Positions 29,617 through 32,362 of a stretch of DNA of 32,362 nt are shown here, piece by piece. Origin of the DNA: a virus. Lineage: Duplodnaviria; Caudoviricetes. Every line of letters begins with the position of its first letter. Positions within the stretch are counted from its first letter, which is position 1. The notes under the pieces are model-generated. The model was not told the DNA's origin and ran no database searches. It worked only from the letters and a program-made list of their open reading frames with translations. The stretch covers positions 1 to 32,362 of IMG/VR virus record IMGVR_UViG_3300044723_003027; one strand, given 5' to 3'. A program made the position numbers and the translations under genes.

Positions 29617-32328
29617 ATGGCAAAAATAACAAGCGCAGGAAGGTTGTATCGTACAGAAGTAGATATCGATACCACCAACCGAGATATTGGTTTAACCAAA
29701 ACAACGACGGGTAATACTTTGTCTGACGATGGTGTATCGTTACAGGCACTTTACTCTTACCTTAAGAACGTTTGGCGTTTAACAGATTTTACATCTACAA
29801 TCGCAAGCAGCTCAGGAACAACAGTTACCTTTGACGATGTTTCTATTGATGTAGATGCTGCGGGATTGGTCACAGGTACAAAATATCAAATTAAAGTTGC
29901 TGGTGATGCTAACTGGACAGATATTGGTTCTCCAGACTCAACGGTAGGCACTGTGTTCACCTACAACGGTGTTGCAATCACAGGCACCACAGGTGAAGCG
30001 TCTACTAGAGGTAACTCATTAAACATATTGCCTGGCATGAAAGTTTCAATCTCTGCTGGTTCTGGTACCCTTGCTGGAGGTTTCGCAACGGTTGTATCGG
30101 TCGCGGCAGATGGTAGCAGCATGACACTCGACCAAACACCAAGTCCTGTTATGGATAACACCACAGAACTTCTGGTTGTCAATCACCTGATCGAATACCC
30201 CTTTCCACTTGTTGCAATTACTCCTGAACAGTTTGAATTTGGTTTTGACTGGACAATGGAAACGAACACCGACAGAAAATTGTTGAGAGATGCTGGTTGG
30301 CAAGAACTGTCAGTCGGTGAAGTTGATGGTCCAAAGTATGTTGGTATTGTTTCTCTGGGTACAATCGATACAGTAACTATCGGAGCTGGGGTTGATTCGA
30401 CCGCAGATACAACATTAGCGGTAGACACTATTACTGGCATTACAGTTGGTATGGAAGTACGAGTACTATCCGGAACCGGCACAATTCCTGCAAACACTAA
30501 AGTAGTAAGCATTGACGGCGCGAACCAAATTACCTTGAGTGCTGCACACGGCGGCGACTTTGACGGTGGTGAAGTGTTACTCATGGGTGATCGTGTTTAC
30601 TACGCATTCTACGACACTTCTACTGAAACTTGGACATCTCCTGTGGATTTTGATTTCCTTGGACCAGTCAACGAAGCGATTCAAATTGACAATGCAGTTG
30701 ACGATGCTGGTGATTTTTCTAATCAAGTTCTTTCTCTTTTCATTAGAACAGAAGGAAAGACTTACGGTAAATCTTCCACTCCAGACATTGGTATTCCAGA
30801 TGCTGGTGGTACTGGTACTGGTAACATTAACTTCCAAGTATATCGTTTCCCATTGAGTGAAGCGACTGACCTTGATTATTTGGCTGCAGATGGTGTTACT
30901 CCTACAGTTACAGACGTACAGATTGAAGCTGCCAATGGTGCTGGTCAAAAGTATGATGCAGTTACTGTTGATACGACAATTACTGGTGTAAACAGCGGAA
31001 CAACTTTGAATGTTGGCGACACCACAGGTATTGTTGTGGGTTCATATGTATACAGTGAACAAATTGGAGGTAATGAAATTTTTGCTGGTGGTACAAGAGT
31101 AGACTCTGTAGATGACGCGACGACAATCACATTAAATAAAGCAATCCAAGTAACAACTGCTGGCGCTGAAGACGTTAAGTTTATTAACGGACCTCACATC
31201 ATATTCCATAACTTGGATCAAGTATCAGGACAGTACTTTACTACTGACTTGAATAATGCAAACTCATCATTCGGTGTTACAATTAATGCACGAGATGGTT
31301 CTTCTGCAAATGGTCAATTGACTCTGAAAGAATTATACTCTTGGGTACAATATCAATTACGTCAGAGTGGTTCTATTGATTTTGATTCAGATATTGAAGC
31401 TGGTAACACTGGAACCCAGAATGGTAAGACTTCTGATGCCATGTTGAAGTTTGTTGGTGCTGTTCTTGAATCAGTAAACCTTCTAACGCCAAATTCTGCG
31501 CAATGGGGTGTCGGTAACTTAGATAGAGCAACTGTCACAGATGGTACTGGTGTACTATTCTACAACTGGCCAAGTGGTGTAATTGGTAATGTTAAACTCC
31601 GTGACAATGATGGCGACCTTGAAGCGTTTCCGAAAATTGCAACTGGATTCATTTCCTTTGGGGATCTTGCAACAAGTAACTTACTGGCAGATGCAGCTGC
31701 ATCCTTCACCATGTTCTTTACTTACACTCAACAACACGAAGAAGCGGCTTCAACAGGGTTGACTTATGCGGGTAACGCAGCGGGTGTTGGTACTATTACT
31801 CGTGATGCAGGAAACTTCACATACGACATCGACACTGATTCATATATGAAGTTTACCGGATTCACTAATGCTGGACTAGACGGCGTATTTAAAGTAACTA
31901 GCGGTGTTTCTGCTGGTGGTGGTGATGTGATAAATGTATCATATATTGACGATTTGTCTAATCAGGGTGGTTATGCAACAAGTCAGACAGCAACTGGATT
32001 CTTACGGTTCAACCCTGTCGATTCGCCTGATGCGGTCATTGTTTTGGATTCTACGAACAATGAAATTCAAGGAACTCTTGCGAGTGGAGTTGGTACTCCG
32101 GCTTTGAACGCTGATAGTAAGTATGAGTGGTCGTTTGCATACACTGCTAATACCCAACCCAACCAAGGTGCAGAAGAAGACAGAATTACTGAAACTGAGG
32201 TACCTGTCACAATTCGTGCGGTAGGAACGGATAAAGCACAATGGATATCATCGAACTTTACAATTGCTGATGCGTCTGGTCAAGACTTCTCGGTCATTGC
32301 CCCGCTCGAAAGAAACTACGCGCCTTAA
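29617..32328 (+). CDS. Uncharacterised late protein (903 aa), acidic and beta-rich, probably structural
   Basis: Long ORF with its own late promoter, SD and downstream hairpin. Rich in Thr/Gly/Asp/Val with three similar inserted beta modules. No catalytic motif recognised. Confidence 0.8.
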   Translation: MAKITSAGRLYRTEVDIDTTNRDIGLTKTTTGNTLSDDGVSLQALYSYLKNVWRLTDFTSTIASSSGTTVTFDDVSIDVDAAGLVTGTKYQIKVAGDANWTDIGSPDSTVGTVFTYNGVAITGTTGEASTRGNSLNILPGMKVSISAGSGTLAGGFATVVSVAADGSSMTLDQTPSPVMDNTTELLVVNHLIEYPFPLVAITPEQFEFGFDWTMETNTDRKLLRDAGWQELSVGEVDGPKYVGIVSLGTIDTVTIGAGVDSTADTTLAVDTITGITVGMEVRVLSGTGTIPANTKVVSIDGANQITLSAAHGGDFDGGEVLLMGDRVYYAFYDTSTETWTSPVDFDFLGPVNEAIQIDNAVDDAGDFSNQVLSLFIRTEGKTYGKSSTPDIGIPDAGGTGTGNINFQVYRFPLSEATDLDYLAADGVTPTVTDVQIEAANGAGQKYDAVTVDTTITGVNSGTTLNVGDTTGIVVGSYVYSEQIGGNEIFAGGTRVDSVDDATTITLNKAIQVTTAGAEDVKFINGPHIIFHNLDQVSGQYFTTDLNNANSSFGVTINARDGSSANGQLTLKELYSWVQYQLRQSGSIDFDSDIEAGNTGTQNGKTSDAMLKFVGAVLESVNLLTPNSAQWGVGNLDRATVTDGTGVLFYNWPSGVIGNVKLRDNDGDLEAFPKIATGFISFGDLATSNLLADAAASFTMFFTYTQQHEEAASTGLTYAGNAAGVGTITRDAGNFTYDIDTDSYMKFTGFTNAGLDGVFKVTSGVSAGGGDVINVSYIDDLSNQGGYATSQTATGFLRFNPVDSPDAVIVLDSTNNEIQGTLASGVGTPALNADSKYEWSFAYTANTQPNQGAEEDRITETEVPVTIRAVGTDKAQWISSNFTIADASGQDFSVIAPLERNYAP

Positions 32329-32343
32329 TAAATAAACGTGAAC

Positions 32344-32362
32344 GGGGGGAGTTTCTCCCCCC
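32344..32362 (+). terminator. GC-rich hairpin, probable intrinsic terminator (U-tract would lie beyond the window)
   Basis: GGGGGGAG-TTT-CTCCCCCC, a perfect 8-bp stem beginning 16 nt after the stop codon. Confidence 0.7.

Overview
This window is the virion-morphogenesis region of a T4-like (myoviral) dsDNA phage. All supported genes are on the + strand. The core order is gp13 (neck), gp14 (neck), gp15 (tail terminator), gp16 and gp17 (terminase), gp18 (sheath), gp19 (tube), gp20 (portal), with T4-type late promoters (TATAAATA and near matches) in the intergenic gaps. The accessory content is the unusual part. (i) A 5'-truncated giant ORF (>4020 aa) is built from 14 complete capped modules of DUF285/BspA-like repeats plus the end of a 15th, finishes in a LamG-like domain, and shows DNA-level signs of recombination between modules. 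(ii) It is translationally coupled (TAATG) to an S8 subtilisin-like protease that has Glu where the catalytic Asp is expected. (iii) gp15 carries two extra Ig-like domains. (iv) A fibre-like protein with a cupredoxin-type C-terminus and a gp7-like/Calx-beta-like protein lie between gp15 and gp16. (v) A collagen-like protein and a 903-aa protein with nested beta-rich inserts follow gp20, where T4 has gp67-gp68-gp21. I saw no tRNA, rRNA, CRISPR array, intron, intein or reverse transcriptase. All family assignments are by eye from motifs; no searches were run, and the host cannot be determined from this window.
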